The notes below the pieces were generated by a model. The model did no database searches. It had not been told where the DNA came from and saw only the letters and a list, made by a program, of their open reading frames with translations. Source: a virus (taxonomy: Duplodnaviria > Caudoviricetes). From it: 64,000 bases of DNA. The position numbers were made by a program, and so were the translations under genes. Numbering within the stretch: the stretch's first letter is position 1; each line of letters starts with the position of its first letter. The stretch spans positions 33,746 through 97,745 of the IMG/VR virus record IMGVR_UViG_3300029882_000009. One strand, 5' to 3'. Below are positions 48,369-57,552 of this stretch, in pieces.

Positions 48369-48581
48369 TTAATACTTATAATATTGATAAGGATATTGTG
48401 GTTTACCAGGGATAGAGATAGGGCGGGTTCTTGTTATCTGGTTGCGGTTGGTCATATCTGTAAGACTAGAAGAAATGTCAGATGTTTGACAATTTAGATG
48501 AGTAGCAATTTGTGCCGTGGTTAATCCCTGGTATTGACCGATAACTCTTTTAATGTCGTCACGCGTAATGTTTGTATTCAT
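48369..48581 (-). CDS. Small winged-helix protein
   Basis: GLTTAQIATHL...ISSSL..M...QI; ATG 6 nt after TATAAT. Confidence 0.65.
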   Translation of the reverse strand: MNTNITRDDIKRVIGQYQGLTTAQIATHLNCQTSDISSSLTDMTNRNQITRTRPISIPGKPQYPYQYYKY

Positions 48582-49108
48582 TCTGTGATTATACACCATA
48601 AATTTACATATTTTTCAAAAATTTTTTGAGAAAGGGAAATAAAAGGCCGGTATTATTGATGAGTAAGTTTTTAATAAGATTGGGAACCCAAAATTTCTAC
48701 AAAAAATGTGAAAGACCGAGTCTATCTCTACGTATACGTCGATATGTTTCTCTTTGAATATTTTATTTACATTCCTTTATCTAAAACTTTCTATCTAATA
48801 ATTCCTTACACTAATATACAAGTTCACTTCCAAGTTTGCCCACCCTCCGCTCTAACACTACAATACATGCTACAACGTTGTAGAATCAACGCACACGTGT
48901 TACACTACAATTCTGGCGCTATGGCCCACCTATCCTCATTAAGTTATAGTGCGCATTTTTGAATGACGTTGTTGACACTTGTTGACATTGCTATCTGACA
49001 CTCAGTCATACGCGCGTACGCGTTATAGTCAGTCACGCGCGTATGCACACTCTACAGACACGCTTAAAAATAATTGTTAAAAATTGTGTTAAATAGCCTT
49101 AAAATGTG

Positions 49109-49137
49109 TTGACATGTACGGTACACTCTGGTAATAT
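49109..49137 (+). promoter_or_regulatory. Sigma70-type early promoter
   Basis: TTGACA-17-TAATAT with TG extension. Confidence 0.7.
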
Positions 49138-49566
49138 ATAGTCACAGTACATTACAGTAAGGAATTGAATTAATCGGAGCGGTTACGCTGGCGGAGCATG
49201 GATCTAACAGCGTTTTTAGAAAATAGGGATTTATAAGCAACACACACATTTTGACTTTCACCAGTCACCAGTCACGTACTAGTTACCACGAAAATTGTAA
49301 CTTGCGCTAATCGGGTAGGCGCATAAAAATGAAAACGGGTTTAAGGCGCAGCAGGGACTATCGCGACGGTCGAGTCCAGTGTAGCGCATTGCCGTACAGT
49401 ATCCAACAAATAGGTTTTACAATCCTCATAGCTTAGTAAGTGCATAGTATTAGTCACAGTAGAATAACGTAGACTTGCACAATAACAGCACCTATCACAA
49501 ATTTTGTGACTGCATAGGTATCTAGCAAGTACCTATTAAGATGCAAAATGCGTAAAGGAGAAAACA

Positions 49567-49743
49567 ATGATTCAATATTTTGTTCTGACACATGGGACAT
49601 TAGATAATGGTTCTATACTAAGTACTAAACATGGCAAGATAAAAACCTTCTGCTCCCCAATTGCTGCTATACGCTGCATACGACGGGAAGGTAAACATAT
49701 AGATACGTCTAACTGGCGTGTTTATATAGTTACTCCAAACTAA
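49567..49743 (+). CDS. 58-aa hypothetical protein (not in ORF track)
   Basis: AAAGGAG RBS; MIQYFVLTHG...VTPN*. Confidence 0.65.
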   Translation: MIQYFVLTHGTLDNGSILSTKHGKIKTFCSPIAAIRCIRREGKHIDTSNWRVYIVTPN

Positions 49744-49805
49744 TTTTGTAACTCAGTTACAGAGTAAAATCTGTGACTTATGATACAAAACTAAAGGAGC
49801 AAGAA

Positions 49806-50039
49806 ATGGTCAAAACAATTGCAAAACTGTACGAAGGTAATCGCTGCCACGGAACGTTGGAAAGCGCAAAGGAATTAACAACAACAGAACAAAGGGAATA
49901 TGCACGTATTACATTGGCTGCATTCACCTATTTAACATGCGTACAATTCCGTGTGCCGAGATCGACTTTTAGCAACGATTTTACACGCTCAGATTTTTCC
50001 GGACATGTTAGGGATTTGACTAATATAGTAATTTTGTAA
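49806..50039 (+). CDS. Hypothetical protein
   Basis: AAAGGAG RBS. Confidence 0.65.
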   Translation: MVKTIAKLYEGNRCHGTLESAKELTTTEQREYARITLAAFTYLTCVQFRVPRSTFSNDFTRSDFSGHVRDLTNIVIL

Positions 50040-50100
50040 CTCATAGGCTGGCTAATCACCAGCCTATCATGATACAAAACTAAGTATCAAGGAGAATCAT

Positions 50101-50352
50101 ATGGTCCGAACAATATCGGTGAAATTTGACATGGCGAATATGAACATGTCCCGAATGATGGATTTTGAGAAGGAAGTATTGTCACTCAACAATTCTCAAA
50201 ACGAGCTATGTACCAGTCACGAAGTTGGATTTACGGCAGATCATGATGTAGTAATAATCTACTTTGTGTCAGACCTTCACACCATCAAGGCAATTAACCT
50301 TGCAATCAAAAAGTATGAGGGTATTAAAATGTCGGACAAATCTAGCTACTGA
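50101..50352 (+). CDS. Hypothetical protein
   Basis: AAGGAG RBS. Confidence 0.65.
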   Translation: MVRTISVKFDMANMNMSRMMDFEKEVLSLNNSQNELCTSHEVGFTADHDVVIIYFVSDLHTIKAINLAIKKYEGIKMSDKSSY

Positions 50353-50400
50353 AAATATAGGTACACAAATTTGGGCAAAGTATCCAAAATTAATGTATAC

Positions 50401-50466
50401 GCATAGGCATAGGCATAGGCATAGGCATAGGCATAGGCATAGGCATAGGCATAGGCATAGGCATAG
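50401..50466. repeat. (GCATAG)11 microsatellite
   Basis: 11 perfect hexamer copies. Confidence 0.95.
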
Positions 50467-50475
50467 GAGAATGTA

Positions 50476-50601
50476 ATGGACTCAATATTATCAGGATTTT
50501 TAGGAATGTTCGCTGGTGTAGTATTTATAATAATATTCCCAGTCGGATCAATTGTGGAATTTGTAATAAAATTACCATATATGTTATTCAGGAGAAAATA
50601 A
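50476..50601 (+). CDS. 41-aa membrane peptide
   Basis: AGGAG RBS; MDSILSGFLGMFAGVVFIIIFPVG...RRK*. Confidence 0.55.
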   Translation: MDSILSGFLGMFAGVVFIIIFPVGSIVEFVIKLPYMLFRRK

Positions 50602-50672
50602 TGAAAATTGAATATCTGGCACTTGTCGGCTTTCCCATGTTTGTATTAATATGGGTGCATATTGTCAATTGA
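50601..50672 (+). CDS. 23-aa hydrophobic peptide
   Basis: AGGAG RBS; TAATG coupling; MKIEYLALVGFPMFVLIWVHIVN*. Confidence 0.5.
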   Translation: MKIEYLALVGFPMFVLIWVHIVN

Positions 50673-50884
50673 TAACAGTATGTATTGATCTAATCAGTCA
50701 ATACATAATGATGTTAATTACCATGCAAAATAGTTGGCATTAGAATGGACGCTAAAATGAAAACTGGAACCTTATATATTCTAGAATATATAACACTAAG
50801 AACGTTTGAAATAACATGTAACAATATTGTTTTTGTAGATTACATATTGATAAAATCACACCAATTATAAAGGAGAATACGAAT

Positions 50885-52138
50885 ATGAACATGACAACTG
50901 AAGAATTGGCACTAAAACTAACACTGCATCTAAAATGGCTAAATGGCGATTGTGATGGAGTTAGGCTTAATCTACGCAATGCCGATCTAAACAATGCCAA
51001 TCTACGCTTTGCCGATCTAAACAATGCCGATCTACGCAATGCCGATCTACGCTTTGCCGATCTAAACAATGCCGATCTACGCAATGCCGATCTAAACAAT
51101 GCCGATCTACGCTTTGCCGATCTAAACAATGCCGATCTAAGCAATGCCGATCTACGCTTTGCCTATCTAAGCAATGCCGATCTAAACAATGCCAATCTAA
51201 GCAATGCCGATCTAAGCAATGCCGATCTAAGCAATGCCGATCTAAGCAATGCCGATCTAAGCAATGCCGATCTACGCAATGCCATAACTACAGATACTAT
51301 TCTGGGGGTTAAGGAGGAAGTTAAAATATTAATGAATTCTAAAAATCGAACATTTGGTATCGAGATCGAAATTAACGATCTTGATGAATATGAAGCAGCG
51401 GATGTTTTGCAGTTTGCTGGCATTAACGCCAAAAAAGAAGACTATAATCACAAACTTCGCACACACTGGAAATGTACAACCGATTCAACGGTTGATGGAT
51501 GTGAAGTGGTATCGCCTCCTCTGACAATTGATAATATAGAAGAGGTACGTACTGTAATATCGGCATTGGAGAATGCTGGTGCCACTGTCAATTACAAATG
51601 TGGTTTACATGTCCATTGGGCAGCATCTGACTTGACACTTCTACAATTTAAAAGAATATGTAAAGGTTATATTAGAGCACAGCCCCTTGTGAATATCTTG
51701 CTAGAGCCACCACGACGAATGAATCGTAACAGTTATCTACATGACAACCCTCCTGATTTTTGCGATATTGATAGAGCCGAAAGTCAATCAGATTTGTCAT
51801 ATATTGTATGTTGTAACGATAGATACCGCAAATTAAATCTCGAGTCTTTACAGGTGCATGGAACCATTGAATTCCGTGCATATCATGGGACATTGGATGC
51901 ACAAGAAGTGATTGACTGGATTTATTTAACTAAATCTATAGTCGAACATTCGATATCGCAATCCAATATCAAACCACTGGATACTCTTCTGGCCAAACTT
52001 GGAGAACGATCAACACTTCACACTTGGCTATCGCCTCAGTATTTAGGGCTTGATAAAAATATGCAATCTCGTTTTATGCAAAGGTATGAAGATTTGAAAA
52101 TAATGGAGGCTGAATATTGTTCAAGATCAAGGTGGTAG
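50885..52138 (+). CDS. Pentapeptide-repeat domain fused to amidoligase (Amidoligase_2)
   Basis: (ADLxN)n repeats; RTFGIEIE, EVVSPPL, CGLHVH and GTIEFR motifs. Confidence 0.88.
   Translation: MNMTTEELALKLTLHLKWLNGDCDGVRLNLRNADLNNANLRFADLNNADLRNADLRFADLNNADLRNADLNNADLRFADLNNADLSNADLRFAYLSNADLNNANLSNADLSNADLSNADLSNADLSNADLRNAITTDTILGVKEEVKILMNSKNRTFGIEIEINDLDEYEAADVLQFAGINAKKEDYNHKLRTHWKCTTDSTVDGCEVVSPPLTIDNIEEVRTVISALENAGATVNYKCGLHVHWAASDLTLLQFKRICKGYIRAQPLVNILLEPPRRMNRNSYLHDNPPDFCDIDRAESQSDLSYIVCCNDRYRKLNLESLQVHGTIEFRAYHGTLDAQEVIDWIYLTKSIVEHSISQSNIKPLDTLLAKLGERSTLHTWLSPQYLGLDKNMQSRFMQRYEDLKIMEAEYCSRSRW
50968..51282 (+). repeat. 15-bp tandem repeat array encoding pentapeptides
   Basis: Units such as GATCTAAACAATGCC, GATCTACGCTTTGCC and GATCTAAGCAATGCC. 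Confidence 0.9.
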
Positions 52139-52416
52139 GTTTAGGTGGTAATAACATCATATACGCAAATAGTGTTACAGATATGTTTCATCAATTGCGT
52201 AAATGTTCTCGTACAAGAACAAAATCAGATAGTGTATTCCGCCGTGAATATGCGAGACGGGTGGAATGGTTTTATCCGAATGTGGAGTTGCACCCGCAAA
52301 ATGCGGATATTCTGTTCCGAGAATTACAGGAACTTGGAGTAATACAAGATATAACAACGTCAAAATTACTTCGTGATGCGATTAACAAAGTAGGAAACAA
52401 TTTTAAAATAGATTAA
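52117..52416 (+). CDS. Hypothetical protein in the amidoligase cluster
   Basis: GGAGG RBS before TTG. Confidence 0.6.
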   Translation: MFKIKVVGLGGNNIIYANSVTDMFHQLRKCSRTRTKSDSVFRREYARRVEWFYPNVELHPQNADILFRELQELGVIQDITTSKLLRDAINKVGNNFKID

Positions 52417-52486
52417 CAACACCATACGCACATTTAACCAGTGTGCGTATCATGATGTTAATTTTAATGTCACACAGGGAGAATAT

Positions 52487-52987
52487 ATGAATTTAGATAT
52501 AACTGAAGAAGAACGTACATCACTGCTTAGGGCACTATCGTACCAGCATTTTACGGATTGTATGGAACTATACGATAAAATCAGGGATATTCAACCTGAT
52601 ATACTCTTATTTGTATATGGAACTCTAAAACGAGGACATGGAAACCACCATTTATTGCAATATTCAAAATTTATTGCAGAAGTAGAAACTGAGCCAGAAT
52701 TCAGATTGTATTCTGGAGGTATTCCCTACCTTATACATGATCCTAAACACGGTTACAGTGTCAGTGGCGAACTCTATAAAGTGGATTACCATACCCTCAT
52801 GCGTGTTGACCGGTTAGAAGGACATCCAGACCATTACAAACGGACCAAAATTGAAATAGGCAACATTCAGTGTGAGACATATATCTATACTCGCAACATC
52901 AAAAACACCGAAGAATTGACAAATGGAGAATATACACATGCTTTATCTGGCTTATGGATCAAATCTCAGTATCGATCAAATGAATAG
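52487..52987 (+). CDS. Gamma-glutamylcyclotransferase (AIG2-like)
   Basis: LFVYGTLKRG, GELY and DRLEGHP.HY.R. Confidence 0.88.
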   Translation: MNLDITEEERTSLLRALSYQHFTDCMELYDKIRDIQPDILLFVYGTLKRGHGNHHLLQYSKFIAEVETEPEFRLYSGGIPYLIHDPKHGYSVSGELYKVDYHTLMRVDRLEGHPDHYKRTKIEIGNIQCETYIYTRNIKNTEELTNGEYTHALSGLWIKSQYRSNE

Positions 52988-53582
52988 ACGCTGCCCTTAT
53001 GCTGATCTTGTTGACTCTTACATCCTACCTGATTTTGAATTAGTCTTTTGTGATGTAGCAACAATTCGACCAGCAGCTGGCAAACAGACATTATGCGCCC
53101 TTTACGATATCACAATCTTCTGTAAAGAGATTCTGGACATATATGAAGGAGTAGAAACTGGAAAATATAAAGTCTATACAACTATAACCCAATATGGTAA
53201 GGCTATTGTATATGCTATGCCGAACCTAAAACAAGTGCTAGAAGCCCCTACTGAGTGGTACGCTGACAAAATACGACAGGGTTATCGTGACTGGTGTTTA
53301 GATCTTGACCATTTAGAATCAATCATCTCGACCATGCCGGAACGCAACAAATGGAATAAATGGGACAATTTTGATTGGAACAAAGATTATTACACTCAAT
53401 ACGGCGATGGAGGAAAATGTTTGTCACGATATCCAGACCATAAAGCGACAAAAGAATCATTCTCAAAAGAACCAGTAAAAGCATTTAAGGCAAACAAAAC
53501 TAATTATCAGAACATAAGCACTGATAAAGATCGTATTGAAACGATGGAGTGGAATAAGAAATGGGCATTGAAGGAAGGATAG
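52938..53582 (+). CDS. Gamma-glutamylcyclotransferase family protein
   Basis: LYLAYGSNLS..QM.RRCP and LD.YEG. Confidence 0.88.
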   Translation: MLYLAYGSNLSIDQMNRRCPYADLVDSYILPDFELVFCDVATIRPAAGKQTLCALYDITIFCKEILDIYEGVETGKYKVYTTITQYGKAIVYAMPNLKQVLEAPTEWYADKIRQGYRDWCLDLDHLESIISTMPERNKWNKWDNFDWNKDYYTQYGDGGKCLSRYPDHKATKESFSKEPVKAFKANKTNYQNISTDKDRIETMEWNKKWALKEG

Positions 53583-53657
53583 GTTAAAACATAGGTTAGT
53601 AACTCATGCTGGCGCTAATCACGCCAGCATCATGATACTAATCAATAAAGGGAATAT

Positions 53658-54014
53658 ATGAGAAAAACAAAAGAGAAGTTCCATAACTTCTATTCGTATA
53701 GTAAACAATGTCGTAAAACCGCTTATGATACCCCAGAATATCTAAACGAGAACGATAAGGTTACGCTGACAGAATTAATACACTGTCTACAAACTAATGA
53801 TATATCTAGATTTCATGCGCTTGCGCGCGGGAATAATAATCAAGGTTTGTTTTGGAGAATATTAGGCTGGCCAGAAGGTCTTAATTATTGTTACGATTAT
53901 GAATTTTGCGTATTAAGTGCAATGCCGGGGTTGATACGGCACGAATTGCCAAAATTACTAGCTGGTGTACCAGTATATACTAATCAAGGAGAAAATTATG
54001 ACTACACTATTTGA
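53658..54014 (+). CDS. Hypothetical protein
   Basis: RBS-preceded ORF. Confidence 0.6.
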   Translation: MRKTKEKFHNFYSYSKQCRKTAYDTPEYLNENDKVTLTELIHCLQTNDISRFHALARGNNNQGLFWRILGWPEGLNYCYDYEFCVLSAMPGLIRHELPKLLAGVPVYTNQGENYDYTI

Positions 54015-54219
54015 GTTTCCCACCAGACAAATAGCTAACAAGTTCTATGATGAAATTGTTAATGATGGAATATTTGATAGGATAGCATCTATGGACTCCA
54101 AAGTAACAATAATTGCAGTTAACGACGAGCAAATAGAACGTATGGCCAAATACAAATCGCTTGCGTCAAGATACTACAATGCTTCATTTAAAGAAGTAAC
54201 AATCGTAATAGGAGTATAA
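53998..54219 (+). CDS. Hypothetical protein
   Basis: AAGGAG RBS. Confidence 0.6.
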   Translation: MTTLFEFPTRQIANKFYDEIVNDGIFDRIASMDSKVTIIAVNDEQIERMAKYKSLASRYYNASFKEVTIVIGV

Positions 54220-54320
54220 TTGAATAGTATTACAAAAATCAATGTGATATGTTGTCTTACTGCATTCAGCATGTTCATAATGCTAGCAGTGGCAATATTT
54301 ATTTTTGGATAGGAGAATAT

Positions 54321-54587
54321 ATGATGCAAGTATTAGGTAAGGATTTGCCGCCTCAACTTCAAAAAGAAGTTTTATCCATGTTTGTACATAGATATACAGG
54401 TATTCACAAACCGGCATGGGTTAAGTCAAATAACCCGGTACAATTTGCCGACGACAAAGACTGGTTGGCACACACGTTGTTCTATGTCACGAAGAAGGGT
54501 CAAATTGCAAACAGGCCAAATCATTGCGAATCAAGTCCGACATGGCCTAACAATCCAGAATTAAGGAAAACATTCAATGCAAGTTAA
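54321..54587 (+). CDS. Hypothetical protein
   Basis: AGGAG RBS. Confidence 0.65.
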   Translation: MMQVLGKDLPPQLQKEVLSMFVHRYTGIHKPAWVKSNNPVQFADDKDWLAHTLFYVTKKGQIANRPNHCESSPTWPNNPELRKTFNAS

Positions 54588-54987
54588 AGGCTTAGAGTTA
54601 GATAAATTCACAACCGCATATTGTGTTGCAATGTTATGGTCAAGTCAGGATTGGAGTAAAGTAGATAATGTCACAATCCATAATCCCGAACCTATGGATG
54701 CGAATTACTCAATATTAGATATTGAAAAACGCACTTTGAAATTGATCATAAAGGATTGTGCAACATTCCAATCTGCGAATTCTGAAGATTTAGGTGAGTG
54801 TGGAGCTACCTTAGAACAGGCTGGTCATGACTACTGGTTAACTCGTAATCGACACGGAGTGGGCTTCTGGGACCGTTCTGATGACTACTACAGTCAAGAA
54901 CAGAGGGACAGATTAACTCTCGCCAGTCATAAAGCTGACGAACAAGATCCCTATATCTACAGAGGAAAGATAAGGATAGATTACTAA
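54577..54987 (+). CDS. Conserved phage early protein
   Basis: AGHDYWLTRNRHGVGFWDR motif. Confidence 0.7.
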   Translation: MQVKGLELDKFTTAYCVAMLWSSQDWSKVDNVTIHNPEPMDANYSILDIEKRTLKLIIKDCATFQSANSEDLGECGATLEQAGHDYWLTRNRHGVGFWDRSDDYYSQEQRDRLTLASHKADEQDPYIYRGKIRIDY

Positions 54988-55084
54988 TGATTGACTATCT
55001 GTTATCTCACCCAATAATTCCGATTACCATATTAATCGTATGGTTAATATTCGGAGCATGGTATATATGGAAAGGATATCCAAA

Positions 55085-55276
55085 ATGATTAAGAAGTCAT
55101 ATGAAGTGTTAATCGAAACATTAGGTACACACGGCGGTTCATACAGAAAAATATCTATTTATGCTGATAACGTTCAGGATGCAAAAGATAAAATTTCTAA
55201 AATTAAAACAAATAGAGAAACTAAATACCTACTCCTTAATACTTCAATGGGAGTGCGTAAAATTTTGTGCGCATAA
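55085..55276 (+). CDS. Hypothetical protein
   Basis: AAGGA RBS. Confidence 0.5.
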   Translation: MIKKSYEVLIETLGTHGGSYRKISIYADNVQDAKDKISKIKTNRETKYLLLNTSMGVRKILCA

Positions 55277-55282
55277 ACCATA

Positions 55283-55309
55283 ACCAGCCAGAAATGGCTG
55301 GTCTTTTTT
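55283..55309 (+). terminator. Intrinsic terminator of the early operon
   Basis: ACCAGCCA-GAAA-TGGCTGGT followed by CTTTTTT. Confidence 0.85.
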
Positions 55310-55389
55310 ATCTATCTTATATCTACTTATGCGCATAAACTATAATTTCTGTACGCTGAGGGATTTGGTTTGTTATGTCATAATAAAAC

Positions 55390-56514
55390 ATGACACACAA
55401 ACAGACAGAACTTAATAGACTACGTGCGTTGGAGATCAAATACACGCGAGAACAACGCTCTACGCCTAATCTAGAGCGTTCTATACCGTCCTTATGGTCA
55501 CGTGAGTATCAATCGGCGCTGGCGGAAAATGGTCGTTTAGAACGCCTTCAGGCTAAGTCTGATCTTCTTTCCAATATTGAATTAGACAAGTACTATCTTC
55601 TTAACCCTGATCATTGGACGCCTCCAGATACCACCCCCTTAAACGATGACGACTCTCTCATTAAGGACCATATCCTATTAACACCTATTCCAAAATTATT
55701 TAATGTAAATATTCCATCGACTTGTCCTTCTGAATTTAATATCGTTAAAATTCAGAAGTCTGACACTGAGCAACGTATTCACCCACCGCGCTATCACCTT
55801 ACCGAACAAGAACAGAAAGACAATCCTCTTTTAACCATATCAGAATGTATCCAATATACTGACAGTACCCTGAATGCGAACTGGTTCTATGCCCAAATCA
55901 TTTCCCACCGGCTTAGAGCTACATGGCACATAGTGCCAGACAGTGACTATAAACAGCCGCGTGTAGCGTTCTCTGAACTACAGAGATGGAACCTTACCAG
56001 AGTACGATATCGCAATCAAAATAGTTTTAACCATAATACGATATCGCTTATTCAAGATTTTAAAGATCCTGAATATTATGAAGTTTTTGACTGGTATCGA
56101 ACGCTGGGGTATGTTTCATATTCTTCTAATAATTTTTCTGATAATATTGAGAATGCAAAACGTAATAATATCAAGAATGGTTTTTCAAAAAATCTCGTTT
56201 TAGTTTTCGATATAAATAAAAATCCCATATCCTCACCTGTTCGCATGACTGAAGCATTTTCAATTTTATTTGAAAATTCAAAATCCCATATTTCTTCTCC
56301 AAAAATTAGAAAACCATATCGCTCATTTACAGAAAAAACTGAGCGGCGTGATGAAATCTTAATTTGCCATGAATCCTTCGCTGCGAGATACGAGCACGGA
56401 ATTCCATCCTTAACCTCCATATCCACATGGGAACCCTCGTCAATGCTTGCTAAAGAGCGCTCTATTGGTTCACTCTCAGATTTATCAAAACGCAAACTTC
56501 CAAAACGAAAATAA
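55390..56514 (+). CDS. Hypothetical protein adjacent to the ori-like region
   Basis: 374-aa ORF; no recognised motif. Confidence 0.65.
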   Translation: MTHKQTELNRLRALEIKYTREQRSTPNLERSIPSLWSREYQSALAENGRLERLQAKSDLLSNIELDKYYLLNPDHWTPPDTTPLNDDDSLIKDHILLTPIPKLFNVNIPSTCPSEFNIVKIQKSDTEQRIHPPRYHLTEQEQKDNPLLTISECIQYTDSTLNANWFYAQIISHRLRATWHIVPDSDYKQPRVAFSELQRWNLTRVRYRNQNSFNHNTISLIQDFKDPEYYEVFDWYRTLGYVSYSSNNFSDNIENAKRNNIKNGFSKNLVLVFDINKNPISSPVRMTEAFSILFENSKSHISSPKIRKPYRSFTEKTERRDEILICHESFAARYEHGIPSLTSISTWEPSSMLAKERSIGSLSDLSKRKLPKRK

Positions 56515-57490
56515 ATATTTATTTCATATGAACAACAATCATAACAAGATGAAATAGCACTATTTAATTGTTAATAACTATCAACAAACGACAATCAATC
56601 AATAAGTGTGTTACGTGACACACTCTTGGAGTGCTTATATATATAGACCTTATAGATTTTACAAAATCAAGAAATCAATTAAATATGAAATATAGATTTA
56701 AAAATTGATAGGAAATAGGAAGAAATGGGTGAAACAAAAGAAGAATAATTATTGAAGAGTAGGTTATAGTATAGAGAAAACCGAATATGGGGTGTAAAAG
56801 CAAGATATATATATACATTGGAACATTTGTTTGTATATATAATATATATATTATATATATAATAAAAAAGAACTTAATATCATATATATATACCCCGGGG
56901 GGGTATCTTTAACCCTATATATACAATCTATATTTCATATGATCTTTTCCATTTTTTAGATTCTACTTTTCTCTAACTTATAAAAATCTATTTCTCAATA
57001 ATATTACGTTTTACAGTCTCTACGTGTGTAACCCCGTCAAGAGTGTGTCATACAACACACTTATCAAATCTCTCATTTACTAACACTTGTTGATACATAA
57101 CTTAACTTATTAAACTTTTTAAAAAAAATCGTTCATATGAAATATAGATTTTATTCTCAATAAATGTATCGTTAACTATCAACAATAACATTTTCCCTAT
57201 TTTCAATATTTTCAATACAGTTTTCTAATCACAAATCATCTAGGTGGAAAATTAAAGACCAACGACATTAATCCACAATGCCATTCTTTGCCGCCTCACG
57301 TCCGCGCACACACGATTAACAACAATTTACACACTATACGACCATTTATACTATCTCCTGACCATACAGAGCCATTTTTACAGGTATCAATACAAGAATA
57401 GGATATAAAGGATTACCAACTATCAAACCAACTATCAAACCAACTATCAAACCAACTATCAAACCAACTATCAAACCAACTATCAACTAC
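56515..57490. other. AT-rich non-coding region with inverted and direct repeats (origin-like)
   Basis: 27-bp inverted repeat at 56602-56628/57038-57064; repeated ATATGAAATATAGATT; AT palindromes. Confidence 0.55.
57416..57486. repeat. 12-bp tandem repeat (CCAACTATCAAA) x~6
   Basis: Five full copies and one 11-nt copy. Confidence 0.95.
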
Positions 57491-57495
57491 CACCA

Positions 57496-57524
57496 TTGAC
57501 ATTTTTTGAATCACTCATTATAAT
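57496..57524 (+). promoter_or_regulatory. Consensus sigma70 promoter
   Basis: TTGACA-17-TATAAT. Confidence 0.8.
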
Positions 57525-57552
57525 AGTGTCACAAATCCAAAGGTTATACTCC

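Larger units (their letters stand above)
49501..53643 (+). repeat. Six dispersed intergenic hairpins of a shared structural motif
   Basis: Copies at 49501-49549, 49744-49790, 50032-50079, 50667-50719, 52412-52462 and 53594-53643. Confidence 0.8.

Noticed and set aside
48708-48962. 84-aa plus-strand ORF in the divergence region
   Set aside because: No RBS or motif; lies upstream of the early promoter
50752-51432. Minus-strand RSALF/RSALL ORFs
   Set aside because: Antisense shadows of the pentapeptide repeats
57416-57486. Possible CRISPR array
   Set aside because: Contiguous 12-bp tandem repeat without spacers; no cas genes
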